NCBI RefSeq assembly: GCF_036365525.1
Contig: NC_090399.1
Span: 66,334,862-66,398,861, forward strand
DNA from: Heterodontus francisci
Taxonomy: Eukaryota
DNA length: 64,000 bases
Direction: 5' to 3'
Of this stretch, positions 22,151-34,728 are shown one piece after another (position 1 is the first letter of the stretch; every line of letters begins with the position of its first letter). Under the pieces are notes generated by a model. That model had not been told where the DNA came from. It saw nothing but the letters and a program-made list of their open reading frames with translations, and did not search any database. Both the position numbers and the translations under genes were made by a program.

Positions 22151-22211
22151 AGAAGAGTCCTGGAGAGTTTGAGTTGGTGTCGAAATAAACTTCACAAATA
22201 TCATGAATTAT

Positions 22212-22300
22212 CCAATCAGAGAAAGACTTTAAACAACATCATCAGTTACCAGGGAGAATAAAGAGAACAAGGTTTGGGAATTGATCAAGAAACTGAAAGT
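22212..22300 (-). promoter_or_regulatory. ISRE plus S-X-Y module of the MHC I promoter
   Basis: ISRE GAAACTGAAAGT (22289-22300, + strand). Minus strand: S-like CAAACCT (22270-22276), 16 nt, X1 CCTGGTAACTGATG (22240-22253), 20 nt, Y box CTGATTGG (22212-22219). Confidence 0.8.
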
Positions 22301-22324
22301 AGTTTGATAAAGAACATGACAGAA

Positions 22325-24620
22325 GGAAGAACATTAGGAACAGGAGGAGGTCAATGAGCCCCTTCAGGCCCACTTCACCATTCACTCCCTCAGGCCCACT
22401 CCTCCATTCACACCCTCAGACCCACTCCTCCATTCACCCCCTTAGATCCACTCCTCCATTCACCCATTCAGGCCCACTCCTCCATTCACCCCTTCAGGCC
22501 CACTTCACCATTCACCTCCTCAGGCCCACTCCTCCATTCACTCCCTCAGACCCACTCCTCCATTCACCCACTCAGACCCACTCCTCCATTCACCCCTTCA
22601 GGCCCACTTCACCATTCACCTCCTCAGGCCCACTCCTCCATTCACTCCCTCAGACCCACTCCTCCATTCACCTCCTCAGGCCCACTCCTCCATTCACTCC
22701 CTCAGACCCACTCCTCCATTCACCCCCTCAGGCACACTCCTCCATTCACCTCCTCAGACCCACTCCTCCATTCACCCCCTCAGACCCACTCCTCCATTCA
22801 CCCCCTCAGGCACACTCCTCCATTCACCCTCTCAGGCCCACTCCTCCATTCACCCCCTCAGACCCACTCCTCCATTCACCCCCTCAGACCCACTCCTCCA
22901 TTCACCCCAGCAGGCCCACTTCACCATTCACCTCCTCAGGCCCACTCCTCCATTCACTCCCTCAGACCCACTCCTCCATTCACCTCCTCAGGCCCTCTCC
23001 ACCATTCACCCCCTCGGACCCACTCCTCCATTCACCCCCTCACGCCTGCTCCACCCTTCACCCCCTTGGGCCTGCTCCACCATTCACCCTCTTGGACCCA
23101 CTCCTCAATTCACCTCAGGCACACTCCTCCATTCACCTCCTCAGGCCCACTCCTCCATTCACCCTCTCAGGCCCACTCCTCCATTCACCCCCTCAGGCAC
23201 ACTCCTCCATTCACCTCCTCAGGCCCACTCCTCCATTCACCCCCTCAGGCCCACTCCTCCATTCACCCCCTCAGACCCACTCCTCCATTCACCCCCTCAG
23301 GCCCACTCCTCCATTCACCCCCTCAGACCCACTCCTCCATTCACCTCCTCAGGCCCTCTCCACCATTCATCCCCTCGGACCCACTCCACTATTCACCCTC
23401 TTGGGCCCACGCCTCCATTCACCCCCTCAGGCCCACTCCTCCATTCACCCCCTCAGGCCCACTCCTCCATTCACCTCCTCAGGCCCACTCCTCCATTCAC
23501 CTCCTCAGGCCCTCTCCACCATTCTCCCTCTTGGGCCCAATCGTCCATTCACCCCCTCAGGCCCACTCCTCCATTCACCCCCTCACGCCTGCTCCACCAT
23601 TCACCCCCTTGGGCCTGCTCCACCATTCACCCTCTTGGGCCCACTCCTCCATTCACCCCCTCAGGCCCGCTCCTCCATTCACCCCCTCAGGCCCACTCCT
23701 CCATTCACCCCCTCAGGCCCACTCCTCCATTCACCTCCTCAGGCCGTCTCCACCATTCACCCCCTCGGACCCACTCCTCCATCCACCCCCTCGGACCCAC
23801 TCTACCATTCACCCTCTTGGGCCCACTCCTCCATTCACCCCCTCAGGCCCACTCCTCCATTCACCCCCTCAGGCCCACTCCTCCATTCACCTCCTCAGGC
23901 CATCTCCTCCATTCAGCTCCTCAGGCCCTCTCCACCATTCACCCTCTTGGGCCCAATCGTCCATTCACCCCCTCAGGCCCACTCCTCCATTCACCCCTCA
24001 CGCCTGCTCCACCATTCACCCCCTTGGGCCTGCTCCACCATTCACCCTCTTGGGCCCACTCCACCATTCACCCCCTTGTGCCCGCTCCTCCATTCACCTC
24101 CTCAGGCCCACTCTCCATTCACTCCCTCGAACCCTCTCCTCCATTCACCCGCTCGGGCCCACTCCTCAATTCACCCCCATTGGGCCTGCACTGTCATTCA
24201 GCCCCCCGGGCCTGCTCTGCCAGTCAATCAGATCCTGGCTGATCCATTTAACTGCCTTTACTCCATATCCTTTATCCAATAAAAATCTCTGATTGTTCCC
24301 ACCATCCCCAGCCTTTTTGGTTGACAGTTACAGGTTTCTACTCCCCTTTGTGTGAAAGTAGTTTCACCGTCTCTACCCTATCGAATCCTGTCAATATTAG
24401 TTCACCCTCAACTTTCCACACTCCAGGGATTACAACCCAGGTTTATACAACCTCCCTGTACAGCCCAGTATCATTCTGGTGAATCGACACCCCCTCCAAG
24501 ACCAATCTATCCTTCCTGTGATATGGTACCCAGGGCTGAACACAGTTCCCCAAATGTGGATCTGACCCAGGCTCTGTCCAGCTGGAGTATAATTAACTCC
24601 TCTGTATTCCCATCTCCTCG
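22325..24620 (-). mobile_element. Old minus-strand CR1 3' end hosting the 26-bp array
   Basis: Left flank aacattaggaacaggaggagg and right flank cattcagccc...cctgctctgcc..tcaatcagatcctggctgatc match the reverse-complemented CR1 tail. IHIWGTVFSP is a remnant of [12 protein letters not shown]. Confidence 0.7.
22355..24215. repeat. 26-bp C-rich minisatellite (caggcccactcctccattcaccccct), about 70 copies
   Basis: 26-nt periodicity, which gives the 26-aa three-frame cycle in ORF 22354..24282. Confidence 0.95.
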
Positions 24621-24639
24621 AGAGAAAGGCCAACACTCC

Positions 24640-24995
24640 ATTAGACAGACTGGTGAGAGGGGCAGACACATGGCTGGTGAAATTTAACACAGAGCAGGGT
24701 GAAGTGATGCCTTTTGGTCAGAAGAATGAGGAGGGACAAAATAAAAATAAACGGTATAATGTTAAAGGGGGTGCAGGAACTGTCAGATCTGGGGGTTTAA
24801 TACAAGTGGCAGGAAAAGTTGATAAAGCTGTTAAAAATGCATCCGGGATCCTGGGTTTTGTAAATAGAGGCACAGAGTCCCAAAGCAAGGAAGTAATGCT
24901 GAACCTTTATAAAACACTAGTTATAAGCCCCAGTTAGAGTAATGTGACCAATTCTGGGCACAACACTTTGAAAACGATGTCAAAGCCTTGGAAGA
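24640..24995 (+). mobile_element. CR1 RT fragment
   Basis: ADTWLVKFN...KAVKNASGILGFVNRG..SKEVMLNLYKTLV. Confidence 0.85.
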
Positions 24996-25114
24996 GTTTT
25001 TTTTTATTTGTTCATGGGATGTGGGCATCGCTGGCTCGGCCAACATTTATTACCCAACCTTAATTGCCCTTGGGAAGCGGCTTTCTTGAACCACTGCAGT
25101 CCGTTGTGTGCTGT

Positions 25115-25366
25115 TGTTGTGGTAGTAACTTAGATAGGGTGTTGATGTAAAAGTCTCGGAGTCTGGATATGGTCAACTATTAACTCATTTATTATTTATA
25201 CATCTCAATTTACACTCTCCACAAGCCTCTCTAGCCAGCAACCTTTGTGCAGCTACTCTCTTCTTCCAAAGCTCATTATCATGTGACTGTTACATCATCA
25301 TTACTACAGTGGGAGGGGTTTCTCTCACTGTTTCCAGCATTAACCCTTTCAGGCCCTTATACTACA
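25115..25366 (-). mobile_element. 3' LTR of the Gypsy element, preceded by a polypurine tract
   Basis: On the minus strand the PPT GGGGGGAGA (25367-25375) is immediately followed by TGTAGTATAAGGG. AATAAA lies inside and the LTR ends in ...CA. The left boundary is uncertain by about 3 nt. Confidence 0.7.
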
Positions 25367-25396
25367 TCTCCCCCCAAGTCTCTGTCAATACATATA

Positions 25397-26977
25397 CCAG
25401 ACAGCCTACACCCTAGGATTCTAACAGAGATAGCTGCAGCTATCGTGGATGTGAGAGCTATGATTTTCCAAAATTCCTTAGATTCAGGAACAGTCCTATC
25501 AGATTGGAAGTTGGCAAATGTTATATCGCTTTTCAAGAAAGGAGGGAAAGAGAAAACAGGGAAATACAGGCTCGTGAACCTAACATCAGTCATTGGGAAA
25601 ATGTTGGAATTCATTATGAGGGAAGTCTTAACAATGCACTTAGAAAAGCACAGTATGGTTAGAACAAGTCAAGATGGTTTTACTAAAGGGAAATCCTGTT
25701 TGATAAATGTATTCGCGTTTTTTGAAGATGTAACTAGTAGGGTAGATAAAGGGGAACCAGATGATGTCGTATACCTGGATTTCCAAAAGGCATTCGATAA
25801 TGTGCCACACAAAAGGTTAATTGGCAAGATAAGGGTTCATGGTGTTGTGGGTAATATATTAGCATGGGTAGATAATTGGTTAACAGACAGAAAGCAACAA
25901 GTGGGTATAAACGGGACATTTTCAAGTTGGCAGGCAGTAAATAGTGGGGTGCTGCTGGGATCAGTGCTGGGGCTTCAGCTACCACAATCTATATTAATGA
26001 CTTAGATGAAGAATCAGAGAGTAATATATCTAAGTTTGCTGATGATATAAAGGTAGATGAAAAGGTAAACTGTGGGGAGGACACTGAGAGGCTGCAAAGA
26101 GATATAGGCAGGATAAGTGAGTGGGCAACAAGATGGCAGATGGAGTATAATGTCGGGAAGTTTGAAGTTGTTCATTTTAGTCGTAAAAATAGAAAAGCAG
26201 AATATTTTTAAAGGTGTGAAACTTGTAAGTGTTGATGTTCAAAGAGACTTGGGTGTGTTTGTACAAGGAACGCAGAAAGTTAACATGTAGGTACAGCAAG
26301 GAATTAGAAAGGCAAATGACATGTTGGCCTTTATTGCAAGGGGATTGGAGTACAGGAATAAGGAAGTATTGCTATACTTGTACAGGGTTTTGGTGAGACC
26401 ACATCTGGAGTAGTGCGTGCAGTTTTGGTCTCCACATTTAAGAAAGGATATATTTGCATTGGAGGCAGTGCAGCGAAGGTTCACTAGATTGGTCGCTGAG
26501 ATGAAGACGGGGGTGGGGGGGGGTGGTGTCCTATGATGAGAGGCTGAGTAAATTGGGCCTGTATTCTCTGGTGTTTAGAACAATGAGAGGTGATCTAATT
26601 GAGACATACAAGATTCTGAAAGGGCTTGATAGGGTAGAAGCTGAGAGATTGTTCCCACTGGTCAGTGAATCTAGAACACAGGGACACAGTCTCAGGATAA
26701 GGGGCCAATCATTCAGGACCGAGATGAGGAGAAATTACTTCACTCAAAGGGTTGTGAATCTTTGGAATTCTCTATCCCAAAGGGTTGTGGATGCTCCATC
26801 ATTGAATATATTTAAGGCTGGGATAGACAGACTTTTGGTCTCTCGGGGAATCAAGGGATACGGGAAGAGGGCAGGAAAGTGGAATTGAAGCCCGAGATCA
26901 GCCCTGATCATATTGATTGGTGGAGCAGGCTCGATGGACAATATGGTCTACATCTGCTCCTATTTCTTGTGTTCTTT
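25397..26977 (+). mobile_element. 5'-truncated CR1 inserted into the Gypsy 3' UTR
   Basis: PDSLHPRIL...YRLVNLTSVIGK...VYLDFQKAFDNVPH...FADD, through to the 3' tail. Flanked by a candidate TSD acatat. Confidence 0.93.
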
Positions 26978-26984
26978 AACATAT

Positions 26985-29642
26985 TGTTTTTTGACTTTAC
27001 CTACTACTCTTTCGTCCCCGCAAAGTCTCTGATTTCACAGATATAGTCTGTTAGGAGGTTTCGCGACTCTCTCTGATTTTGTTCTCGGATGATCTTGTAA
27101 GTCATGATTGCTGACTTGAATGATTTTGATGAAGGATTGTCGTATCGTGTTGGGTCTGGGGTTTTCTTCATCATCATCTGGGTCAGGCTGTATAATCGTG
27201 ATTGACTATTGCCTCTGAGGAATAGTTCTGATATTGATCTTCACTCAGTTTCGGTAAGTCTCTGGCACAAAACATTTTGCTGTAATTTCAAGCATTCTAT
27301 AAGAGTTTTCCCAGTCTCTTAGTCTCCAGTAGACCCAGACATCCAATCCCAGAAGCAATGTTTTAGGTAACACAGAAAGTTGTGTTTTTATCTTCCTGCC
27401 CATCAGTAACTCTGCGGGTGATATTCCACACAGCAATGGTATAGATTGATAAATTAGAAGTGAGATTGGGAGGTCTTCATTCTTCTTCAATAAGGACTTT
27501 TTGGTTCTTAAACCTCTTTCAACTTCACCATTCGACTGTGGATAACGTGGTGAACTTGTCAGATGTTTAAATCCCGTTTTTGTTGCAAATTGTGTGAAAT
27601 ATTTATTTGCAAACTGTGGTTCGTTGTCTGACACGACTTCGTCAGGGATACCATGTGTCACAAAGATGTCATGTCGAACTCGTACAACTGCTTCTGTTGT
27701 TGTTGAATACAATCTTCTCACTTCAATCCATCTTGAGTAATAATCAATGATTATTATGTAGGACTTTCCGTTGAACACCTGGACATTACCAAGGTTTGGT
27801 CGTAAATTGAGTAGTTATCGGAGGTTCTCGCTGTTCTGGTCTTTATATTGTACATATTCTGGATCAGATTTTCAATGTCTTTGGATATTTCTGGCCACCA
27901 CACTGATGACTGTGCCCTTGCTCTGCACTTTGTTATTCCCAAGTTACCTTGATATAGAGGCTCCAAGATATCTAATCTAATGAACTAGGAATGACCAGTC
28001 TGTCATTATAAACTAGCAAATCAGCGATGATTGTGAAGTGTTTTCTATGTTCATAGAAAGTTTTCATTGTCTTCCCATTAGGACGTTCTTGTAGCCACCC
28101 TTGTGTTCAATACTGCCTTATTCCAATACATTCTTCATTGCTTTTCTGGTTGCGACTAATTTATTGCAGTTTCTGTATACTTGTTGGCTATTGTTGTGCA
28201 GTTTATTGTAAATATGACTCTATCTGGTCCACAAAGTTCAGATCTTCTTGTGTCAGATAGTCTACCATCGCTCTTGATAGCGCATCAGTGGAAGTTTGTA
28301 TCTTTCCCTGAACGTATATGGTCTCATACATATACCTCATCTGCAGCTATCATTGTTGGTCATGTAGATTTATAGTGTGTCAATATGTCTGGCGAAATGA
28401 GAATTTCTTTAATCTTCCGGAAGGCTTGTTCTTGGTGTAAACTCCAACACCACGCTTGATCTTTTTTCAGAAATTGTCTTTGTGGTTCTGTTACCTACAA
28501 TAAATGAGGTAGAAATTTGACTAATTGATTCACCATTCCAAGGAATCTTTGGAGCTGCTGAACGGAAGTAGGAGGGAATTCTGTAATGGCTCCTGTCTTC
28601 TGTGGTCTGCCATTATACCCTTACTTCTTACCATGTGTCCCAAGAAATGAATTGATGGCTTGGAGAATTCGCATTTCTCGTTCAATGTTAACTCTGCTTC
28701 TTGAAGCCGTTGTAAAACTACTCAAACTCTTTGGTCATGTTCCTGTACTGACTGCCCATGTACCAGGATGTCATCCAAGTGACAAATAACTCCCTTGAGC
28801 CCTTGTGAGATGTTAGACATAGACCTTTGGAAGATCTCTGGTGCGGAAATTAGCCCAAATGGTAACCAATTGAAACAAAACCTCCCGAATGGGGTTACAA
28901 ATGTGGGTAGTAATCTTGAGGTCTCATTGAAGGGAACCAGCCAAATCCCACTACTGGCATTGAGTTTGCTAAACTCAATTTTGCCAAGCTGTCATCTGCT
29001 GAGGATATCAGATGAAGTTCCCTCGTTACTGCTTTGTTAATCTGTGTTAAATCCACACAGATACAAAGAGTACCATTTTGTTTTGCGACTGGAGCCAAAG
29101 CCGAACACCATTCAGTTGGTTTAGTAACAGGAGAAATGATTGCCACCCTGGTCATCTCTTCCAGCTGTTCTTCAACTTAGTTCATCAATGGGTGAAGTAT
29201 CTTTCTGGGTGTAAAGATACACACTGATCTGGCATCTTCTTTTAGTGTGATTCATTACTTTATATCTTCAGTCTTCCTAGTCCTGAGAAAAGATCTGGAT
29301 AGTTTGCTTGAAAGCGACTGTTTACCTGTGGCTGTTTGACTTTGTCAATCTTCTAAATCAGATGTCGGTCTAAGCTCGCTTTTCTGCTCAACAGGGAAAA
29401 TTCCCGGTTTTGCAGGATGTACAGGGTTTCCATGATTTGTCTCCTTCTAAACTGGAGAGTTTATTGAAGCTTACTCTTCACTTCCCGTTGGGTCCCGCCT
29501 GGACCATTCAACTGTGTGTCTGCCATTTGTAGCAATGTCTCATCAACCATGGAGCTTGGTCTGATAGAACTGTGACACTAGCACCTGGGTCCAGTTTGAA
29601 ATTCGTTAAATGTCCATTTACATAAAGGTTCACCATCCAATA
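26985..29642 (-). mobile_element. Decayed Ty3/Gypsy pol (protease-RT-RNaseH-integrase); gag and 5' LTR missing
   Basis: FKLDPGASVTV (protease), WCSALAPVAKQNGTLCICVDLTQIN (RT), GITKCRARAQSSVWWP and IDYYSRWIEV...HGIPDEVVSDN...SSPRYPQSNGEVER (integrase), C-terminal KPPNRLYL*. Many stops. Confidence 0.93.
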
Positions 29643-29644
29643 TG

Positions 29645-29757
29645 CTGTGGTGAAAGAGCAGGAGAGTGGGACTAAGTAGACAGCTCCATCAAAGAGCTAG
29701 CACAGACACAGTGGGCTGAATGGCCATCGACGCAGTAACATTCTGTGATTCTGTGAA
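29645..29757 (+). mobile_element. CR1-type 3' tail fragment
   Basis: gtgggactaagtagacagctccatcaaagagc...gggctgaatggcc...attctgtgattctgtg. Confidence 0.6.
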
Positions 29758-30199
29758 TTACACAAAACGACAGTTTCACAGTGATGGATTTAAACAATAC
29801 TGAATGAGGTAATGAGCTCTGATGGTATAAAATCTATTCCCTGTTGATGTGTTTCTGCACTGTTATCTCAGGACCGATCCCTGGCCCTCTCCGAGTGGTC
29901 TCCTCCTGTGCTGGATCAATCTGTCATTCAGTTGGATTCAGTGTGACACTCTGAGGCATGACACTCGGAGGAGCGACACTCCGAGGTGTGAGTCTGAACA
30001 CAGGAGCTGATACTGGATTCTGGGGATAGTTGGGTGCAGTTGGAAATCACTTGCTGTGAGTGTGTGACAAGCTCAATATGAGGGTTTACTGTGGGTGAAG
30101 GTGGAGTAAACATTGGCTTCTCAGAATAAACTGGACTGCAGACAGTGCACAGACTGTGCGGACTGTGACAGGGGAATGTCAGAGTTGTGTAACAGCAGT

Positions 30200-31660
30200 G
30201 GGCTGTGTAATCGTGCTGACCTCACCGGGCTGTGTAATCGTGCTGACCTCAACGGACTGTGTAATCGCACTGACCTCACCGGACTGTGTAATCGTGCTGG
30301 CCTCACCGGACTGTGTAATCGTGCTGACCTCACCGGGCTGTGTAATCCTGCTGACCTCACCGGACTGTGTAATCCTGCTGACCTCACCGGGAGGTGTAAT
30401 CGTGCTGACCTCAACGGACTGTGTAATCGTGCTGACCTCACTGGGATGTGTAATCGTGCTGACCTCACCGGACTGTGTAATCCTGCTGACCTCACCGGGC
30501 TGTGTAATCCTGCTGACCTCACCGGACTGTGTAATCGTGCTGACCTCACTGGACTGTGTAATCATGTTAACCTCACCGGACTGTGTAATCGTGCTGACCT
30601 CACCGGACTGTGTAATCGTGCTGACCTCACCGGACTGTGTAATCGTGCTGACCTCACCGGACTGTGTAATCGTGCTGACCTCACCGGACTGTGAAATCAT
30701 GCTGACCTCACTGGACTGTGAAATCATGCTGACCTCACTGGACTGTGTAATCATGTTAACCTCACTGGACTGTGTAATCGTGCTGACCTCACCGGACTGT
30801 GTAATCGTGCTGACCTCACTGGACTGTGTAATCATGTTAACCTCACCGGACTGTGTAATTGTGCTGACCTCACTGGACTGTGTAATCATGTTAACCTCAC
30901 TGGACTGTGTAATCGTGCTGACCTCACCAGACTGTGTAATCGTGCTGACCTCACTGGATGTGTAATCATGTTAACCTCACCGGACTGTGTAATCGTGCTG
31001 ACCTCACAGGACTGTGTAATCGTGCTGACCTCACAGGACTGTGTAATCGTGTTAACCTCACCGGACTGTGTAGTTGTGCTGACCTCACCGGACTGTGTAA
31101 TCGTGCTGACCTCACCGGACTGTGTAATCATGTTAACCTCACCGGACTGTGTAATCGTGCTGACCTCACCAGACTGTGTAATCCTGCTGACCTCACCGGA
31201 CTGTGTAATCATGCTGACCTCACCGGACTGTGTAATCGTGCTGACCTCACCGGACTGTGTAATCCTGCTGACCTCACCGGACTGTGTAATCATGCTGACC
31301 TCACCGGACTGTGTAATCGTGCTGACCTCACCGGACTGTGTAATCCTGCTGACCTCACCGGACTGTGTAATCCTGCTGACCTCACCGGACTGTGTAATCA
31401 TGCTGACCTCACTGGACTGTGTAATCCTGCTGACCTCACCGGACTGTGTAATCATGCTGACCTCACCGGACTGTGTAATCGTGCTGACCTCACCGGACTG
31501 TGTAATCATGTTAACCTCACCGGACTGTGTAATCGTGCTGACCTCACCGGACTGTGTAATCCTGCTGACCTCACCGGACTGTGTAATCCTGCTGACCTCA
31601 CCAGACTGTGTAATCATGCTGACCTCACTGGACTGTGTAATCGTGCTGACCTCACTGGAC
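30200..31660. repeat. 27-bp minisatellite (ggactgtgtaatcgtgctgacctcacc), about 54 copies
   Basis: 27-nt periodicity. Confidence 0.97.
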
Positions 31661-31984
31661 ATGATTCAGGTCATGATACCCAGTGACACGGTTGCTGTGT
31701 TTGTCTATAAAATAACAGTGACTACATTTCAGATAATTCACAGACTGGGAGGCACATGAGGACATGAACGGTGCACGATAGCATCGAGTTTCAACAACAT
31801 CTTTTCAAACATAGCTCAGGGACTTTCCAACAGCGATAAAAACAAGGGAGGGGCAGGGAGAAACCAACTGTGTGCGAGAGTCCAAAAACAACGAGACTGC
31901 AAAAGAGGCGTGTGAGGAGAGAGTGAGCAGGGTCAAAGAGTAATGTGACTGGATAGAAACAGGTGACTGTATTACAGAACAATG

Positions 31985-33565
31985 ATAGAACTCACCCCTC
32001 ACTCCCACCCCTCATCACCCTGTGACCTCTCTCTGAAAGAGCTCTCCCCTCACTCCCACTCCTCATCACCCTGTGTCCTCTCTCTGAAAGAGCTCTCCCC
32101 TCACTCCCACTCCTCATCACCCTGTGTCCTCTCTCTGAAAGAGCTCTCCCCTCACTCCCACTCCCCATCACTCTGTGTTCTCTCTCTGAAAGAGTTCTCT
32201 CCTCACTCCCATTCCCCATCACCCCATGTCCTCTCTCTGAAAGAGCTCTCCTCTCACTCCCATTCCCCATCACTCTGTGTTCTCTCTCTGAAAGAGTTCT
32301 CTCCTCACTCCCATTCCCCATCACCCCATGTCCTCTCTCTGAAAGAGCTCTCCTCTCACTCCCATTCCCCATCACCCTGTGTCCTCTCTCTGAAAGAGCT
32401 CTCCTCTCACTCCCATTCCCCGTCACTCTGTGTTCTCTCTATGAAAGAGCTCTCCCCTCACTCCCACTCCTCATCACCCTGTGTCCTCTCTCTGAAAGAG
32501 CTCTCCTCTCACTCCCATTCCCCATCACTCTGTGTTCTCTCTCTGAAAGAGTTCTCTCCTCACTCCCATTCCCCATCACCCCATGTCCTCTCTCTGAAAG
32601 AGCTCTCCTCTCACTCCCATTCCCCATCACCCTGTGTCCTCTCTCTGAAAGAGCTCTCCCCTCACTCCCATTCCTCATCACTCTATGTACTCTCTCTGAA
32701 AGCGCTCTCCCCTCGCTCCCATTCCCCATCACCCCGTGTCCTCTCTCTGAAAGAGCTCTCCCCTCACTCCCATTCCCCATCTCCCCGTGTCCTCTCTCTG
32801 AAAGAGCTCTCCCCTCACTCCCATTCCCCATCTCCCTGTGTCCTCTCTCTGATAGAGCTCTCCTCTCACTCCCATTCCCCATCATCCTGTGTCCTCTCTC
32901 TGAAAGCGCTCTCCCCTCGCTCCCATTCCCCATCTCCCCGTGTCCTCTCTCTGAAAGAGCTCTCCCCTCACTCCCATTCCCCATCTCCCTGTGTCCTCTC
33001 TCTGATAGAGCTCTCCTCTCACTCCCATTCCCCATCATCCTGTGTCCTCTCTCTGAAAGAGCTCTCCCCTCACTCCCATTCCCCATCACCCTGTGTCCTC
33101 TCTCTGAAAGAGCTCTCCCCTCACTCCCATTCCTCATCACTCTATGTACTCTCTCTGAAAGCGCTCTCCCCTCGCTCCCATTCCCCATCTCCCCGTGTCC
33201 TCTCTCTGAAAGAGCTCTCCTCTCACTCCCATTCCCCTTCACCCTGTGTCCGATCTTTGAAAGAGCTCTCCCCTCACTCCCATTCCCCATCGCCCTGTGT
33301 CCTCTCTCTGAAAGAGCTCTCCCCTCACTCCCATTCCCCATCTCCCTGTGTCCTCTCTCTGAAAGAGCTCTCCTCTCACTCCCATTCCCCATCGCCCTGT
33401 GTCCTCTCTCTGAAAGAGCTCTCCCCTCACTCCCATTCCCCATCGCCCTGTGTCCTCTCTCTGAAAGAGCTCTCCCCTCACTCCCATTTCCCATCGCCCT
33501 GTGTCCTCTCTCTGAAAGAGCTCTCCCCTCACTCCCATTCCCCGTCACCCTGTGTTCTCTCTCTG
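31985..33565. repeat. 51-bp minisatellite (ctctctctgaaagagctctcccctcactcccattccccatcaccctgtgtc), about 31 copies
   Basis: 51-nt periodicity, seen as the 17-aa cycle LSLKELSPHSHSPSPCV. Confidence 0.97.
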
Positions 33566-34390
33566 TTCTGGAAATTCTTCCCCCACTCTGTCTGGTGGAA
33601 CATTGGCGGGGGGTGCGGGGGGGGGCGGGGGAGTAAATGCTGTCCAGGATGTTCTGAGAGGCAAGTTTGCCACATTTGAAAAGGACAAACAAAAGGCATC
33701 ATTTAGCCGTGTTTGGAGCAGGAGTTAGTCGATTTGTGTAGTCGATTTTATAGCAGAGCACTTACTGAACAGTGGTAGAATTGGGCAGAGTGAGCATGGA
33801 TTTACAAAGCCAATGAATGTGGTTTATTTGGACTTTCAGAATTCCTTCGACAAATTCCCACAGAAGTGATTAGCATGTAAAATTAAAGTGCATAGGATTG
33901 GGGGTAGTGCATTGCGATGGATAGAAAATTGGTTGGCAGACAGGAAACAAAGAGTAGGGATAAATGGGTCTTTTTCCGAATGGCAGGCAGTGACTAGTGG
34001 GGTACCGCAGTGATCGGTGTTAGGACCCCAGCTATTCACAATATATATTAATGATTTAGATGAGGGAACTAAATGTAATATCTCCAAATTTGCAGATGAC
34101 ACAAAACTGGGTGGGAGGGTGAGTTGTGAGGAGGATGCAAAGAGGCTTCAGGGTAATTTGGACAAGTTGAGTGAGTGGGCAAATGCATGGCAGATGCAGT
34201 ATAATGTGGATAAATGTGAGAGTATCAAATTTGGTAGCAAAAACAGGAAGGCAGATTATTGTCTGAAAGGCTATAAACTGAGAGAGGGGAATATGCAGCG
34301 AGACCGGGGTGTTCTTGTACACCAGTCGCTGAAGGTAAGCATGCGGATGCAACAGGCGGTAAAAAAGGCAAATGGTATGTTGGCCTTCAT

Positions 34391-34728
34391 TTGAATTTTT
34401 TTTTGTGTTAGAGATACAGCACTGAAACAGGCCCTTCAGCCCACCGAATCTGTGCCGACCATTAACCACCCATTTATATTAATCCTACATTAATCCCATG
34501 TTCCTACCACATCCCCACTTTCCCTACCACCTACCTACACTCAGGGCAATTTACAATGGCCAATTTACCTATCAACCTGTATGTTTTTGGCTGTGGGAGG
34601 AAACCGGAGCACCCGGCGAAAACCCACAGAGTCACAGGGAGAACTTGCAAACTCCGCACAGGCAGTACCTAGAATCGAACCCAGGTTACTGGAGTTGTGA
34701 GGCTGCGGTGCTAACCACTGTGCCACCC
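34391..34728 (-). mobile_element. HE1-like V-SINE
   Basis: Homologous to 21269-21583, with A/B boxes, V-domain, CR1 tail and A-rich end. Confidence 0.9.

Noticed and set aside
22354-24292. Pro/His/Ser-rich extensin-like proteins
   Set aside because: Translation of the 26-bp CR1-derived VNTR.
30113-33692. Cys-rich or mucin-like repeat proteins
   Set aside because: The 27- and 51-bp minisatellites are open in several frames on both strands, with no splice or promoter support.
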